Shown one piece after another: positions 19,067 to 29,679 of a DNA stretch of 64,000 nucleotides. The notes under the pieces were generated by a model. That model was not told where the DNA came from. It did no database searches and worked only from the letters and a program-made list of their open reading frames with translations. The stretch is from Chloroflexota bacterium (GTDB taxonomy: Bacteria > Chloroflexota > Dehalococcoidia > Lucifugimonadales > JADFKI01): the NCBI GenBank assembly GCA_027623195.1, contig JAQBUT010000003.1, positions 95,066-159,065 of the forward strand, given 5' to 3'. Positions within the stretch are counted from its first letter, which is position 1. Each line of letters starts with the position of its first letter. The position numbers and the translations under genes are program-made.

Positions 19067-20743
19067 GTGAGCTTCTCTAGGAAGCCCCTGGGTGAATGGG
19101 GAGCCGTTGTGGTTGACGGTCTGAGGGGAGCGCGGAGGACGGGGATGGGGGAAGATCAAGGGCCCAGAAAAAAGCCTATGAAAGAGTTGATGGATATGCG
19201 TCAGCAGGTGGCGGCATATTGGCCATCCGTAGCGGGCAACGGCATGGGAGAACACCACGATGATGACGGCAGGCTGGAAAGCTTGCAGTCCATACTGAGG
19301 GCCGTCACCGATGGCACTTACGAGTGGGATTTGGCTACGAATTGGCTGGATTGGGATGACCGACTTCACGGTTTGGTTGGCACCTCCGGCGATGGCTTTA
19401 CGCACCACATTAGCGAATTCATCGAACGTATACACCCGGACGATATTGGGCGCGTTTCCTTTGCTTTGGACGCTCATTTGCAGCTAAATGAGCCCTATCG
19501 GGCAGAGTTCCGGCTTCGCCTGGCCTCTGGCGACTTCTCGTGGGCGTCAGTAGTGGGTGAGGCGGTTCGTGATGCCGATGGCAGCCCGGCAAAACTGGTG
19601 GGCGCACTGACGCTCATCAACGACGCCAAGTTAACGGCATCTCATCTCATGGAGTCAGAGACTCGCCTTCGGGCTCTTTTCGACGGCATTAGTGATGGCT
19701 TGGCGGTCCTGACGCCAGCGGGTCAGATCGTGGACGCCAACGCTCAGGCTTGCGAGTTCCTGGGTTACGATCTAGCGGACCTGACGGAGGCCGGACTACT
19801 TCGGATACTAGTTCCCAATCAGGTCGTGGACGGGCTCAGCCTACTGCGCCGCGCGGCAGGGAATGGCAGGTCCAACGGGCGTATAGGCATTCGTCATGGC
19901 GACGACACCGTAATCCTGGCGGACATGGACCTGGTTAGACTGCCTGACGGCACGCTGATGTGCTCGCTACGGGACGCATCAAGGGCCGACGGGTTTGTGG
20001 AACGAGAGGTCCAAGACCACGTTATGGAGGCCCTCAGCCGTTTTTCCAGGGCACTGGCCCACGAATTGAACAACGCGCTGACTCCTGTTATGGGCTACGC
20101 CCAGCTCAGCGAGAGGGCTTTGGCCGAAGACAACGAGGTTCGTAAGTACCTTCACCAGATAAATAACGCAGCCGACCGCGCAGCCTTTTTGACGGCGCAG
20201 CTTTTGGCTTTCGCCCAGAGGCAGGTGGGCAATCCGGACAGGGTCAATCCGACAGAAGTCGTTACCAGTAGCGAGCCCTTGCTACGTGATGCCCTGGGCG
20301 ACAACGTGGAGCTGATTCTGACTTGCGATGACGACGTCTGGATGACGCGGATTGATCCCGGCCACATACAGCAGGCGCTGGTGAATATGGCGGACAACAG
20401 CAGACAGGCTATGCCTTTCGGCGGCACCTTCACGGTGGAGGTGGGCAACGCCTACCTCGACGCGGATTTTGCCAAAACACATCCTGGCATCAGGCATGGC
20501 GATTACGTCTGCGTCACCGTATCCGACACCGGTGTAGGCATGACGGAGGACGTTCTTTCCCGGGCCTTCGAACCGTTGTTCACCACCAAGGAGCCTGGAG
20601 GGGGTCTTGGCATGGGCCTATCTACTGCTTATGGTAAGGTGAGACAAAACGGCGGACACATCGAGGTATCCAGCCGTCCCAGGGAGGGCGCTACGTTCAG
20701 GATGTATTTCCCCAGAGCTGCCGAAGGCGAGGACGGCCAGTAG
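19067..20743 (+). CDS. Cytoplasmic PAS-PAS histidine kinase without receiver domain (start uncertain, possibly 19145 or later)
   Basis: PAS_3 RIHPDD, H-box LAHELNNAL, N-box, DTGVGM, FEPLFTTK, GMGLS. Confidence 0.9.
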   Translation: MSFSRKPLGEWGAVVVDGLRGARRTGMGEDQGPRKKPMKELMDMRQQVAAYWPSVAGNGMGEHHDDDGRLESLQSILRAVTDGTYEWDLATNWLDWDDRLHGLVGTSGDGFTHHISEFIERIHPDDIGRVSFALDAHLQLNEPYRAEFRLRLASGDFSWASVVGEAVRDADGSPAKLVGALTLINDAKLTASHLMESETRLRALFDGISDGLAVLTPAGQIVDANAQACEFLGYDLADLTEAGLLRILVPNQVVDGLSLLRRAAGNGRSNGRIGIRHGDDTVILADMDLVRLPDGTLMCSLRDASRADGFVEREVQDHVMEALSRFSRALAHELNNALTPVMGYAQLSERALAEDNEVRKYLHQINNAADRAAFLTAQLLAFAQRQVGNPDRVNPTEVVTSSEPLLRDALGDNVELILTCDDDVWMTRIDPGHIQQALVNMADNSRQAMPFGGTFTVEVGNAYLDADFAKTHPGIRHGDYVCVTVSDTGVGMTEDVLSRAFEPLFTTKEPGGGLGMGLSTAYGKVRQNGGHIEVSSRPREGATFRMYFPRAAEGEDGQ

Positions 20744-20853
20744 CCTTTGCCCTTCGCCCAGCCCCCGTCCTTTTCTTCTCGCATTTCACCGGCAGCAAGC
20801 TCCCTGATATAATTCTCTGAACGTCCAATTCGCGCCGTTACTCAGGAGTTCCC

Positions 20854-21216
20854 GTGATCGACACACACGCCAAAATATACGATTACGCCGAAGAGCTTAT
20901 ATCGACGCCCAGGGCACACCTGCGTCTGGAGCTTAGCCAGGACGAGAATGGGCTAGACCTTTCCTTCGAGGGAAACAAGCTGGCCGAGTGCTACCTGACC
21001 AGCGAGGGCATGCTGGCGGGAGGATTCCTTGCACAGGCACTGGGAGTCACAGTTCCGGCTTTAGGGGAGTCCGTTATCGCTCGAGTGTCAACCGGCGTTC
21101 TGTTCCGAGCTATGGGCGTTGTAGGGCTGAACTACGGTAAGGAAGAGTCCTACGTGCTTTTGGACAGGCTCCTGGAGGAGGCTGAGGTCCAGCGCGGCGG
21201 TTCCGTAGAAACGTAA
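20854..21216 (+). CDS. Hypothetical protein
   Basis: 120-aa ORF, GTG start with AGGAG RBS and TATAAT upstream. Confidence 0.7.
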   Translation: MIDTHAKIYDYAEELISTPRAHLRLELSQDENGLDLSFEGNKLAECYLTSEGMLAGGFLAQALGVTVPALGESVIARVSTGVLFRAMGVVGLNYGKEESYVLLDRLLEEAEVQRGGSVET

Positions 21217-21395
21217 GCCGCGTTAAAGCGAAACTTAGGGACACGGCCCCGGTTCTCACGGGTAATCGAAGCGCTTCGATTCGTTCCACCCTACGACTCT
21301 GCTGAGGCTACGTTGCGCATCTGCCACAGAATTCGACTATAATGTGCCACAGCTTTTTACCGTCTCGCACAGCTATAAAAAAGGAGAACTAAACG

Positions 21396-22322
21396 ATGCC
21401 TGAAGCTCTTGCCTTCTTCCGTGGAAAGATAGTTCCACTGTCCGAGGCGAAGGTTAGCGTAACGACCCATGCCTTGCATTACGGCACTGCTGTATTTGAG
21501 GGCATTCGCGGTAACTGGAACGAAGAGCAGGGCAAGATGTTCGTTTTCCGCATGCGCGAGCACTACGCGCGTCTCATACAGGGGTGCCGCATCATGATGC
21601 TGGACATCCCGTACGACGCCGACGACCTCTGCCGCATCACGATGGAGCTTCTGCAGGCCTGCGGCTACAAAGAGGACCTGTACATTCGCCCATTGGCATA
21701 TAAGAGTGAAGAGCGAGTTGCCAACCTGAAGCTGCAGGAACTGGCCAGCGACTTCACATTAGTTGCCGTGCCTTTCGGGAACTACATCGATGCCGAGGGC
21801 GCTATACGCTGCTGTACATCGTCCTGGCGGCGCATCGACGACACGATAATCCCACCCAGAGTGAAAATCTCTGGACACTATGTAAACAGCATTCTGGCCA
21901 AAACCGAAGCTACTTTGGCGGGCTTTGACGAGGCCATCATGCTCACTCAAGACGGAAACGTCTCCGAGGGTTCAGGCGAAAACCTCTTTCTGGTGCAGGA
22001 TGGCACTTTGCATACCCCGATGGTGGCCCACAATAACCTGACGGGCATCACCCGGGATTGCACTATGAAGCTGGCAAAGAAGGAATTGGGCCTGGATATT
22101 GTTGAGCGAGAGATACGGCGCAGTGAGCTTTACCTGGCGGATGAGGTCTTCCTGACAGGAACTGCCGCGCACATAACACCCGTAGGCGAGCTGGACAGCC
22201 GACCTATCGGCGATGGTGGCGTTGGGCCAATCACCAGGAGTCTCCGTGAGTTCTACGTGGAAATTATACGAGGCAACAATCCTCAGTATCTGGACTGGTG
22301 TACAGAAGTTCCGATGGGGTAA
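21396..22322 (+). CDS. ilvE: Branched-chain amino acid aminotransferase
   Basis: HALHYGTAVFEGIR, EGSGENLF, GITR, EVFLTGTAA motifs. Confidence 0.95.
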   Translation: MPEALAFFRGKIVPLSEAKVSVTTHALHYGTAVFEGIRGNWNEEQGKMFVFRMREHYARLIQGCRIMMLDIPYDADDLCRITMELLQACGYKEDLYIRPLAYKSEERVANLKLQELASDFTLVAVPFGNYIDAEGAIRCCTSSWRRIDDTIIPPRVKISGHYVNSILAKTEATLAGFDEAIMLTQDGNVSEGSGENLFLVQDGTLHTPMVAHNNLTGITRDCTMKLAKKELGLDIVEREIRRSELYLADEVFLTGTAAHITPVGELDSRPIGDGGVGPITRSLREFYVEIIRGNNPQYLDWCTEVPMG

Positions 22323-22396
22323 ACCGTACCGGCTTGCCCTGGCAATCTGGAGGCGTCGGATGCCTACGCCCCTCATGAAGTCCGCTGCCGGCTAAT

Positions 22397-22849
22397 ATGT
22401 TCACCTTCGCAACAGACTACTACCTGATGGTTCTTGTGGCCGGTATTGGTGCAATCCAATTTGCATCCTCCGTTAGTAACCTTCGGGGTCTCCTTTTTAT
22501 TAAGAGACCTCTCTTCGCACGCGTTTTGGGGATCGGCCTGGTAGTCTTTGCCTTCGTCTGGTTCTTCAGCGCCTCGGAGCGCAACATAAGCGACCACGAG
22601 GGCGCTCTCGACGCCAATACTCAGGCTCTGTTCTTCTTCCTTGGCGTATTATCCAGCGGAGTCTTCACATTAGTCTTGTCGTCTATCATCAATCGCGGCA
22701 TGAGTGACACAGACTTCTTGTCTGAATCGGCTCCGGAATCAGGTATGGACTCACTGCGCCAACTTAGCTTCTTTCACGCGTTGATGGCGAATCTGCACTA
22801 CTGGTGGAATAATTGGAGAACGCAGATCAGGCGTTATTTATTTGGCTAA
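22397..22849 (+). CDS. Hypothetical membrane protein (about 3 TM)
   Basis: Hydrophobic segments; overlaps the start of the PAP2 gene. Confidence 0.7.
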   Translation: MFTFATDYYLMVLVAGIGAIQFASSVSNLRGLLFIKRPLFARVLGIGLVVFAFVWFFSASERNISDHEGALDANTQALFFFLGVLSSGVFTLVLSSIINRGMSDTDFLSESAPESGMDSLRQLSFFHALMANLHYWWNNWRTQIRRYLFG

Positions 22850-23394
22850 ACGGCTTGGCAGGGGGTTTCGCCCTTTTTGACTCCGTAGTCGGTTGGGTCG
22901 CCAGCGACCATCTTGTGCCTGTGAGCCTATCGTTGACGCTAGTGGTGTTGTGGTTTACCGGCGTAGACAAGGAAGCGCGCGAGAAGCACCAGATAGGTCT
23001 CATGTTAGCCTTAATCTCACTGGCCCTATCCAGCTTGGTAGTGCTGATCATCAACGCCTTCTACGAACGTCCCAGACCGTTCGAGGTAATGGACGTAACA
23101 CTTCTTTTCTACAGGCCTACTGACCCATCTTTCCCTGCAAATTCTGCGGCAGCGGCGTTTGCCCTGGCCGCAGCAATATGGTTGGTCAACCGGCGGGTAG
23201 GCACGGCCATGATTGTGGCTGCGGTGGGTTACGGCCTTTCCAGGATAATAGCCGGGGTGCATTACCCCTTGGACGTGCTAGCAGGCTGGTTCATTGCCGT
23301 CCTGGTAACGCTAGCCGTTTTCCGATTGAAAGAGCTTGTTATGCCGGTCCTACGGGCATTTCTCCGCCTTGCGCGAATATTCTGCCTGGCTTAG
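22813..23394 (+). CDS. PAP2-family phosphatase (BcrC-like undecaprenyl-diphosphatase)
   Basis: RPRPF, SFPANSA, SRIIAGVHYPLDV motifs. Confidence 0.88.
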   Translation: MENADQALFIWLNGLAGGFALFDSVVGWVASDHLVPVSLSLTLVVLWFTGVDKEAREKHQIGLMLALISLALSSLVVLIINAFYERPRPFEVMDVTLLFYRPTDPSFPANSAAAAFALAAAIWLVNRRVGTAMIVAAVGYGLSRIIAGVHYPLDVLAGWFIAVLVTLAVFRLKELVMPVLRAFLRLARIFCLA

Positions 23395-23533
23395 TTGCGA
23401 AGAAGTTGATTCATTTGGTTTAGTTATCTTTGGATTGGGTATTTCTTATAGAAGGGATGCAGCCGAGAACGCATCTCCATATTCTGTGATAGTTGAATTC
23501 CTTTAATTCACAAGATACCCATGAGGTGAGCTA

Positions 23534-23965
23534 ATGTTGACAAGTGCCATGGAAGTTGTCATCCAGGACTCCATCAATCGAGTGGCCGACCAGGTGGCTA
23601 CGGAGCAGCAAATGTTGGTGCCGATCGAGGTACGGTCGTTCCTCATCGAATTGTTGAGGGAGTCTCTGGTGCACCGTGAGCAGAAATGGGAAAAGGTCGC
23701 ATCCGTGGAGTTGGTTGGCGACGGGTACTATGATCAGGCCCAGGCCATGCCAATGGTAGAGCGTTACGTAGGCGACCATGTTTATGACCTTCTGGACGCC
23801 GCCGCCCACAGGTCCAAGGACGACGACGAGGATCGTGTGGACTTCATGGTCCGGCACGACGTAAGGCCGGTGCTAAAAAGGCGAAGGCTGCACCTGATAA
23901 ACCTGGTGGATGCGATGGGCTCTCGAGGTCACAACATCTGGCCCTTCAGTCTGGAAAAGAGCTAA
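23534..23965 (+). CDS. Hypothetical helical protein
   Basis: 143-aa ORF with GAGGTG RBS; downstream terminator. Confidence 0.7.
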   Translation: MLTSAMEVVIQDSINRVADQVATEQQMLVPIEVRSFLIELLRESLVHREQKWEKVASVELVGDGYYDQAQAMPMVERYVGDHVYDLLDAAAHRSKDDDEDRVDFMVRHDVRPVLKRRRLHLINLVDAMGSRGHNIWPFSLEKS

Positions 23966-24035
23966 CCCGTAAACTAGGAAAACCTCGGCATAAAGAACTG
24001 ATTAGACCTGGGTTTCTATTGTAGAAGCTAATTTT

Positions 24036-24065
24036 CAAACGCCGCCCTGTACAGGGCGGCGTTTG
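24036..24065. terminator. Probable bidirectional terminator
   Basis: Perfect palindrome CAAACGCCGCCCTGTACAGGGCGGCGTTTG between convergent genes. Confidence 0.85.
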
Positions 24066-24080
24066 TTTAGTTTCACCCGC

Positions 24081-25919
24081 TTATTTGCGTGCCTCAAAAG
24101 CCTTTTGCAGCTGCACCGCGGTATTTATTATCGATAGGTGAGAGAAGGCTTGAGGGAAATTCCCCAGCATCTCGCTGCCGTCAGGAGCTATCTGCTCGCT
24201 CATCAGCCCCAGATCATTGGCGTGTGCCAGAAGCTTGTTGAAAAGCTCGGTGGCTTCATCTATTTTGCCAAGCATGATCAGATTGTCGCAGAGCCAGAAT
24301 GTGCATATGTTGAAGGTGCCCTCCTCGCCACCAAGGCCGTCATCGAACCCCTTGTAGCGATATAGGAAGCCGTTGGGAGACGCCAACTCCCTCTGAGTCG
24401 CCCGAATGGTGGCAAGCATGCGTGGGTCCTTGGCATCGATGAAACCGATCAGAGGCAGAATCAGGTTTCCAGCGTCCATTACCTTGCTTCCATAGGCCTG
24501 AACGAAGACACCTTTTTCGTGGTCGAAGCCGCGTGTGAGGATTTCCTCTCGGATCTCGTCCCTCACCTTTGCCCAGAGCTTCACATCTCCATGCAAATTT
24601 TGCTCACGGGCAATCTTAACGGCTCTATCCAGGGCTACCCAGCACCACGCTTTGGAGAAGACATAGTGTTGCCTCTCGGTTCTGGCCTCCCACACTCCCT
24701 CATCGGGCTCCCGCCAGTGGTCCAGAACGAAGCTAACAACCCTGCTAAGGTATTCCCAATACCACTCATCGACGTGACCAACGTACTTGCGGTAGAGGTA
24801 GGCGGAGTCCATCAGCTCCCCGTACACATCCAGTTGAAACTGGCCAGCGGCCCCGTTTCCCACTCTCACAGGTTTGGAATGCCTGTAACCTTCAAGTTCA
24901 GGGATTTCAAACTCGGAAAGTCGCCGCTCGCCACCGAGACCGTACATTATCTGCAAGTCCCGCGCCCGGCCTGCGGTGGACCATTCCAGCCAATCCTTGA
25001 ACGCAATGGCCTCCGAGGTGTAACCCAGGATAAAAAGGCCATAGAGGGCAAAGGACGCGTCTCTAATCCATGCATAACGGTAGTCCCAGTTTCGTGGCCC
25101 TCCAATGGCCTCGGGCAGTGAGGTTGTCGCTGCAGCAACCATTCCGCCGGAAGGAACGTATGTAAGGGCTTTGAGCGTTAAGGCGCTGCGGATAACGGCG
25201 TCCCTATACTTACCTCGATAGGTGCAAATATTGCTCCACTCATTCCAGTACTTTCTCGTCCGCTCCAACAAGTCAGTCACCAGCGTTTCATCCACACTAT
25301 CAACCTCGTGTGAAAAGCGGGACGCGTAGGTTATGACAGCGCAGAGTTTCTGACCCTTCTTTAGCGTTCCCTGCGAGATAAAGCCGTCGTCCATTTGGGC
25401 TATTGGCGAGGAGCAGTAGAAGGAGATTGCGTGTGAGCCGCCGTGGGCGAACGCGGTGTGCTCGGTGTCCAGGTGGGCGTGCGGAACTATAGTGCCGTAC
25501 TCGAACCTAGGGACGCATTGCACGGTGTACGCAAAACTTCCCTTGGTGCACTCCAGAGACCGTATTATCTGATGGTCGTCCCGAATCTCTCTGGGCTTAC
25601 GTGCGGAAGGATGATCATAGACCGGCATGAAATCGGTCAGCTTTGCCGTTCCGGTCTCTGTTTCGAAAGTTGTTTCCAGGATATTGGTGTCTGGCAGGTA
25701 TCGCCTGGAGGTGGACTTTACGCCTGCCGGAGCAATCTTGAAGAAGCCACCCTTGTCCCAGTCCAGAATCCGGCTGAAAACGGCAGGGTCGTCAAAACGG
25801 GGAAAGCAGCACCAGTCTATGGAGCCGCTTGTAGACACCAGCGCACAGGAGTGCATGTCGCTTATTAGTCCGTAGTCGGAGATAGGGGGGTAACTGGATA
25901 CCGATGCCAAGAGTGCCAC
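24081..25919 (-). CDS. Glycoside hydrolase family 15 (trehalase/glucoamylase-like)
   Basis: AAATTSLPE.IGG.RNWDYRY.WIRD, QLDVYGE, LGNFPQAFSH motifs. Confidence 0.93.
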   Translation of the reverse strand: MALLASVSSYPPISDYGLISDMHSCALVSTSGSIDWCCFPRFDDPAVFSRILDWDKGGFFKIAPAGVKSTSRRYLPDTNILETTFETETGTAKLTDFMPVYDHPSARKPREIRDDHQIIRSLECTKGSFAYTVQCVPRFEYGTIVPHAHLDTEHTAFAHGGSHAISFYCSSPIAQMDDGFISQGTLKKGQKLCAVITYASRFSHEVDSVDETLVTDLLERTRKYWNEWSNICTYRGKYRDAVIRSALTLKALTYVPSGGMVAAATTSLPEAIGGPRNWDYRYAWIRDASFALYGLFILGYTSEAIAFKDWLEWSTAGRARDLQIMYGLGGERRLSEFEIPELEGYRHSKPVRVGNGAAGQFQLDVYGELMDSAYLYRKYVGHVDEWYWEYLSRVVSFVLDHWREPDEGVWEARTERQHYVFSKAWCWVALDRAVKIAREQNLHGDVKLWAKVRDEIREEILTRGFDHEKGVFVQAYGSKVMDAGNLILPLIGFIDAKDPRMLATIRATQRELASPNGFLYRYKGFDDGLGGEEGTFNICTFWLCDNLIMLGKIDEATELFNKLLAHANDLGLMSEQIAPDGSEMLGNFPQAFSHLSIINTAVQLQKAFEARK

Positions 25920-26003
25920 CTGCCGAGTTTTAACTTGCTTAAAATGTAATACAGGACTGCGCTAATTAAACTAGTTCTGCCACACCCTTCGATGCCAGAA
26001 ATG

Positions 26004-26035
26004 AGAATAGGGACACAATCGCATCCCTATTCTTT
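26004..26035. terminator. Hairpin downstream of the DUF5666 gene
   Basis: AGAATAGGGA...TCCCTATTCT inverted repeat. Confidence 0.5.
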
Positions 26036-26092
26036 GAAATCCGTTTACTTTAGTATTGTGTAGTATTCGGTGCCTGGAAGTCTCGACGATTA

Positions 26093-28750
26093 TTATTCCT
26101 CATCGTCGATGTCTTCGTCATCAGAGCCAGAGTTATCCACTTGTGGCTTCTGGACTTCGATTTCCACAGCTACAAGAGTTCCGTCACTTCGCCGCAAGGC
26201 CTTCACATCCACCTCGGCGCCTTCTAACAGGTCCCCGTCGATTTCGGTGTCACGATTAATCGTCAGTGACAGCCCGTTTCGAAGGAAGAGTCGAGTGGAA
26301 TTGAAACCTCTTACTATACCGTCCAGCTTTACCTCTTCTTCACGCGGGGCAACGCTTTCCTGCTCATCCGTATCTTCTTCGTCAGGCGAGGCGCTGTCTT
26401 CTTCCACATCTTCTTCGACTCCTACAGCTTCCTCGTCTGCCTCGTCGATGTCATCTTCGACGTCCGCATCAGTTTCGTCGCCATCGGCCTGTGAAACTTT
26501 TATAGTCTTGGCTACAAGTATGCCATTGTCATTGAGGATTAGCCTGATTTCGACTTCGGCCCCAATGAACAACTCACCGTCAATTCTGGTGTCGGCGTTG
26601 ATGGCGACCGTCCTGCCGCCTCTCAGTAACACCCGTCGGTCGCTGAAGGAAGCGACGATGCCGTCTAGCTCTCGTAATTCGTCTTCTTCGTCCGCTTCAA
26701 CGAGCCTTCCGCGGCCGGGTCTTTCCTCGGCCTCGTCGCTCAGGGTGCCGTCCTGGCGACCTCTGCGGTCCTGGTCAATCTTCCTGGCGGCCAGTCCACC
26801 ATCGGTTGTTATAACCGCAACGACAACCTGCACTCCGGGGCGCAATGGTGTGTCAATCTCGGTGAGGGCCCGTATGTGAATCGTGTGACCGTTCACTATG
26901 ATGCCGATAACCACGTCGCCTTCTGTGATTACTTCATCTATGACCCCTCGGATTCGCTCAACCTCAACGTCATCTTCTTCATCAACCTCGCCGCCACGGA
27001 TCCTGGTGGCAAGTAGCGAACCGTCGTCCTGGAACACGCCGTAGACGCGTATTTCCATACCTTCGGCGAACTCTCTGCCTTCTGCCAATAGTGAAGGTAT
27101 TACGATAGTTATGCTATTGACTAGGATCGTTCCGTTGTCATTTACCTGCTCGATAAGGCCGTCAATGCGATTGGCATCCTCATCATCTTCGTCGTCGTTT
27201 TCATCGTGCTCGGCATTGTTGCCCTCGTAGCCCTCGGCTGTATCGAGCTCCTGCACGTCTATCTCTTTGGCAACCAGGGTTCCGTCTTCCAGAATAACTG
27301 CCAAGATCTTCACGCCTACGCCGACAACTATGTCTCCGTCGGTCTCGGTCAGGTCGCTTATGTGGACTCGATGAGAATTTACTGATATAACGCTTCCGTC
27401 CTCGGACATTGCGTCTACAAATCCACGCAAGGTCACGCTGTCGGGACGCTGCCCTCGGAAGTTTTCGCTATCGTTTTCAACTTCGATTTTTAAGGCGAGC
27501 ATTTTGCCGTCTAGCTGCACGCCTTTGATCTTTACCGTACTGCCGACCTGGGGAGTTCCTTCGAGTCGAGTGAGGTGATCCAGGCTGATCTCCACACCAT
27601 TGACGATCCAATCTCCGTGGTCGTTAACACCCTCGAAAACACCTTCTAACTTAAAGGACCTACGGTGCTCCTCTGAGGCGTCATCGGCCTCGTGGGCGAC
27701 TATGTTCTCCACCTCTCGGGCGACAATAGTCTGCTGGTCGTGTGCTGTTCCGACTACAATGACTCGTTGGCCCATGAAAGGCTCGCCGTCCGTGTCGGTC
27801 TCGTCGGATATTATTACGATGGTGCCGCCTACGATCCAGTGGCCTTCATCGTTGAGGCCCTCGAAGATACCTTCGATGCGGGTCCGGGTTCCACCAAGAT
27901 TGGACTGGCCAAGGGTTTCGATCTCTCTGGCCAGGAAGGTGCCGTCGTCCAGGAGGACCCCGTCGACCTTGACCCTCCGTCCTGCCACGATGCCTGAGTC
28001 GATCTCGGTTTCTGAATCCGTGGTTACTGTCTTTTCGCCGACAATCCAGTTGCCTGCGTCATCCAGACCCTCGAATACTCCCGTGACCCTTGCTTCGTTA
28101 CTGGGTTCCGGCCTTGCTTCGGTATCTTCCGGATGAGTTTCCGTAGGCGGAGCTTGTGACCTACCGGCCGCAACGTGTATCTCAAGTGAATTGGGCGAAA
28201 GCTCGCCCGTAAGCGGGTTCCTACGAGTCAGGACTACCGCAAATACACCCTCCACCATTTCAGTAGCGCCTGCCCTGAATATGACCTTGGTATCGGGTCC
28301 GATGTCGAATACGATTGGTTCCGAACCAGTCGCCAGGGGCTGAAGGGTGATTGAATGCTCGGCAACAGCTATTATCTCGCCGGGCACATGGCGGAACTGT
28401 GTCTTGCCGGGAATAACAAAAATCTTGGATGCATAGGTCAGATCGTCGGTAAGGGAGACGGCTACCGTGTCGCCCTCGAAGAGGTCCGTAAGCTGCGCGT
28501 CCTCTTTTAGTGGCAGACGTATGACCGTCTCCTCGGTAACGGTCACATCTACAATCATGCCGTCTGTGAGGGAAACATGGATGACGTCAAGGGCAACATC
28601 TACGACTGTGCCGAAGAAGTCCCTCTTTTCCGAAGGCGCAGCTGCATAGGCCTGGTCCGTGGCCATCGGCAGCGCCAGCAGTGTGGCCGCCACGATTGCC
28701 AGACCCATCAGAACTAGCTTTAGATTTTTTGTCATCTTCTGCTTTGACAT
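26093..28750 (-). CDS. Secreted acidic protein with multiple DUF5666-like repeats
   Basis: Signal peptide (AYA-AA); repeated 'T.IDG....G..V.V.G....DG.L.A.EIE' units; D/E-rich linkers. Confidence 0.82.
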   Translation of the reverse strand: MSKQKMTKNLKLVLMGLAIVAATLLALPMATDQAYAAAPSEKRDFFGTVVDVALDVIHVSLTDGMIVDVTVTEETVIRLPLKEDAQLTDLFEGDTVAVSLTDDLTYASKIFVIPGKTQFRHVPGEIIAVAEHSITLQPLATGSEPIVFDIGPDTKVIFRAGATEMVEGVFAVVLTRRNPLTGELSPNSLEIHVAAGRSQAPPTETHPEDTEARPEPSNEARVTGVFEGLDDAGNWIVGEKTVTTDSETEIDSGIVAGRRVKVDGVLLDDGTFLAREIETLGQSNLGGTRTRIEGIFEGLNDEGHWIVGGTIVIISDETDTDGEPFMGQRVIVVGTAHDQQTIVAREVENIVAHEADDASEEHRRSFKLEGVFEGVNDHGDWIVNGVEISLDHLTRLEGTPQVGSTVKIKGVQLDGKMLALKIEVENDSENFRGQRPDSVTLRGFVDAMSEDGSVISVNSHRVHISDLTETDGDIVVGVGVKILAVILEDGTLVAKEIDVQELDTAEGYEGNNAEHDENDDEDDEDANRIDGLIEQVNDNGTILVNSITIVIPSLLAEGREFAEGMEIRVYGVFQDDGSLLATRIRGGEVDEEDDVEVERIRGVIDEVITEGDVVIGIIVNGHTIHIRALTEIDTPLRPGVQVVVAVITTDGGLAARKIDQDRRGRQDGTLSDEAEERPGRGRLVEADEEDELRELDGIVASFSDRRVLLRGGRTVAINADTRIDGELFIGAEVEIRLILNDNGILVAKTIKVSQADGDETDADVEDDIDEADEEAVGVEEDVEEDSASPDEEDTDEQESVAPREEEVKLDGIVRGFNSTRLFLRNGLSLTINRDTEIDGDLLEGAEVDVKALRRSDGTLVAVEIEVQKPQVDNSGSDDEDIDDEE

Positions 28751-28914
28751 TTTCTTCCTCGTCCTCGTCCCATCCCCGCTTCACATCTGCATTGGAGTGG
28801 ATATACTCTGTTTTCTCTCTGCACTCTTAGTATGCCACCGCGAATATTACTGGTGTGTTACCCAATAAATTGTCAATTCAGCTATGAATGTCCGTAAATT
28901 ATCCTCATTTTAGG

Positions 28915-29679
28915 CTATGGCCTGTAAATTACGGCGATAATCGTGCTCAGTACCTCTCCATCCACGTTCGTGGCAAGCACATCTATAATATTGGGCCCTT
29001 CATCTAGCGACAGCGTTGTGGCGTAAATTCCCACCGCGTCCACAGGCACGGATACGCCGTTTACACTGACCACTGCGCCAGGCACTGTTCGGCCTGCCAA
29101 TGGAATTTTGACGGCCGATATGATGCTCTGGTCCTCTGGCTGAGTTACCAGCAGGAAGAATGGTTGCGGCGGCAATACCAGCGACGTGATATGGAGCGTC
29201 TCGGAGGCCAGGGCAGCGCCCTTAGAGGCCGTTATAAATATTTCGTTATCACCTGGATTTAAATCGACCTGCGACGAGAAACGACCGTTCTCGTCCAGCG
29301 AAACGGACCCTCCATTAATCTCCACCTGGCTGCCCTGAGGAGCGAAGCCGTGTACCACGACGCCGTCGGTCTGCACTGTGGCCCCGTCCTCAGGTCCGCG
29401 CACGTCGAGATTCAGGAGCAAAGGCGGATAAGGCGTAGCCGTAGGGTCTAGACCGGACGTTTTCGTAGGAACCGGGGATGTATCCTGGACTGGTGTATTC
29501 GTTGCCTGTATTACTGGATTGGTTGTGGGTTCGGGAGTGGTAACAGCAATCCCGGTGGGCACTACAGATTGGCTGGTAGGTGACACGGTCGGTTTGTCGT
29601 CCCGTGGAACCTCTTTGACGCAGGCCGACAAAGCGAAAGCGAGGGCTATGATTAACGCGCCCCTAACGGCCCAAGTCAA
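28915..29679 (-). CDS. Lipoprotein with PT linker and two Ig-like (glucodextranase-B-like) domains
   Basis: Lipobox LSAC; two repeats of 'V..P.D......V.G...G..V.VNG..V.....G.F...V.L..G.N.I.I.A'. Confidence 0.8.
   Translation of the reverse strand: MTWAVRGALIIALAFALSACVKEVPRDDKPTVSPTSQSVVPTGIAVTTPEPTTNPVIQATNTPVQDTSPVPTKTSGLDPTATPYPPLLLNLDVRGPEDGATVQTDGVVVHGFAPQGSQVEINGGSVSLDENGRFSSQVDLNPGDNEIFITASKGAALASETLHITSLVLPPQPFFLLVTQPEDQSIISAVKIPLAGRTVPGAVVSVNGVSVPVDAVGIYATTLSLDEGPNIIDVLATNVDGEVLSTIIAVIYRP

Noticed and set aside
26070..26879. 269-aa Ser-rich plus-strand ORF
   Set aside because: Antisense mirror of the Asp/Glu-rich codons of the DUF5666 gene
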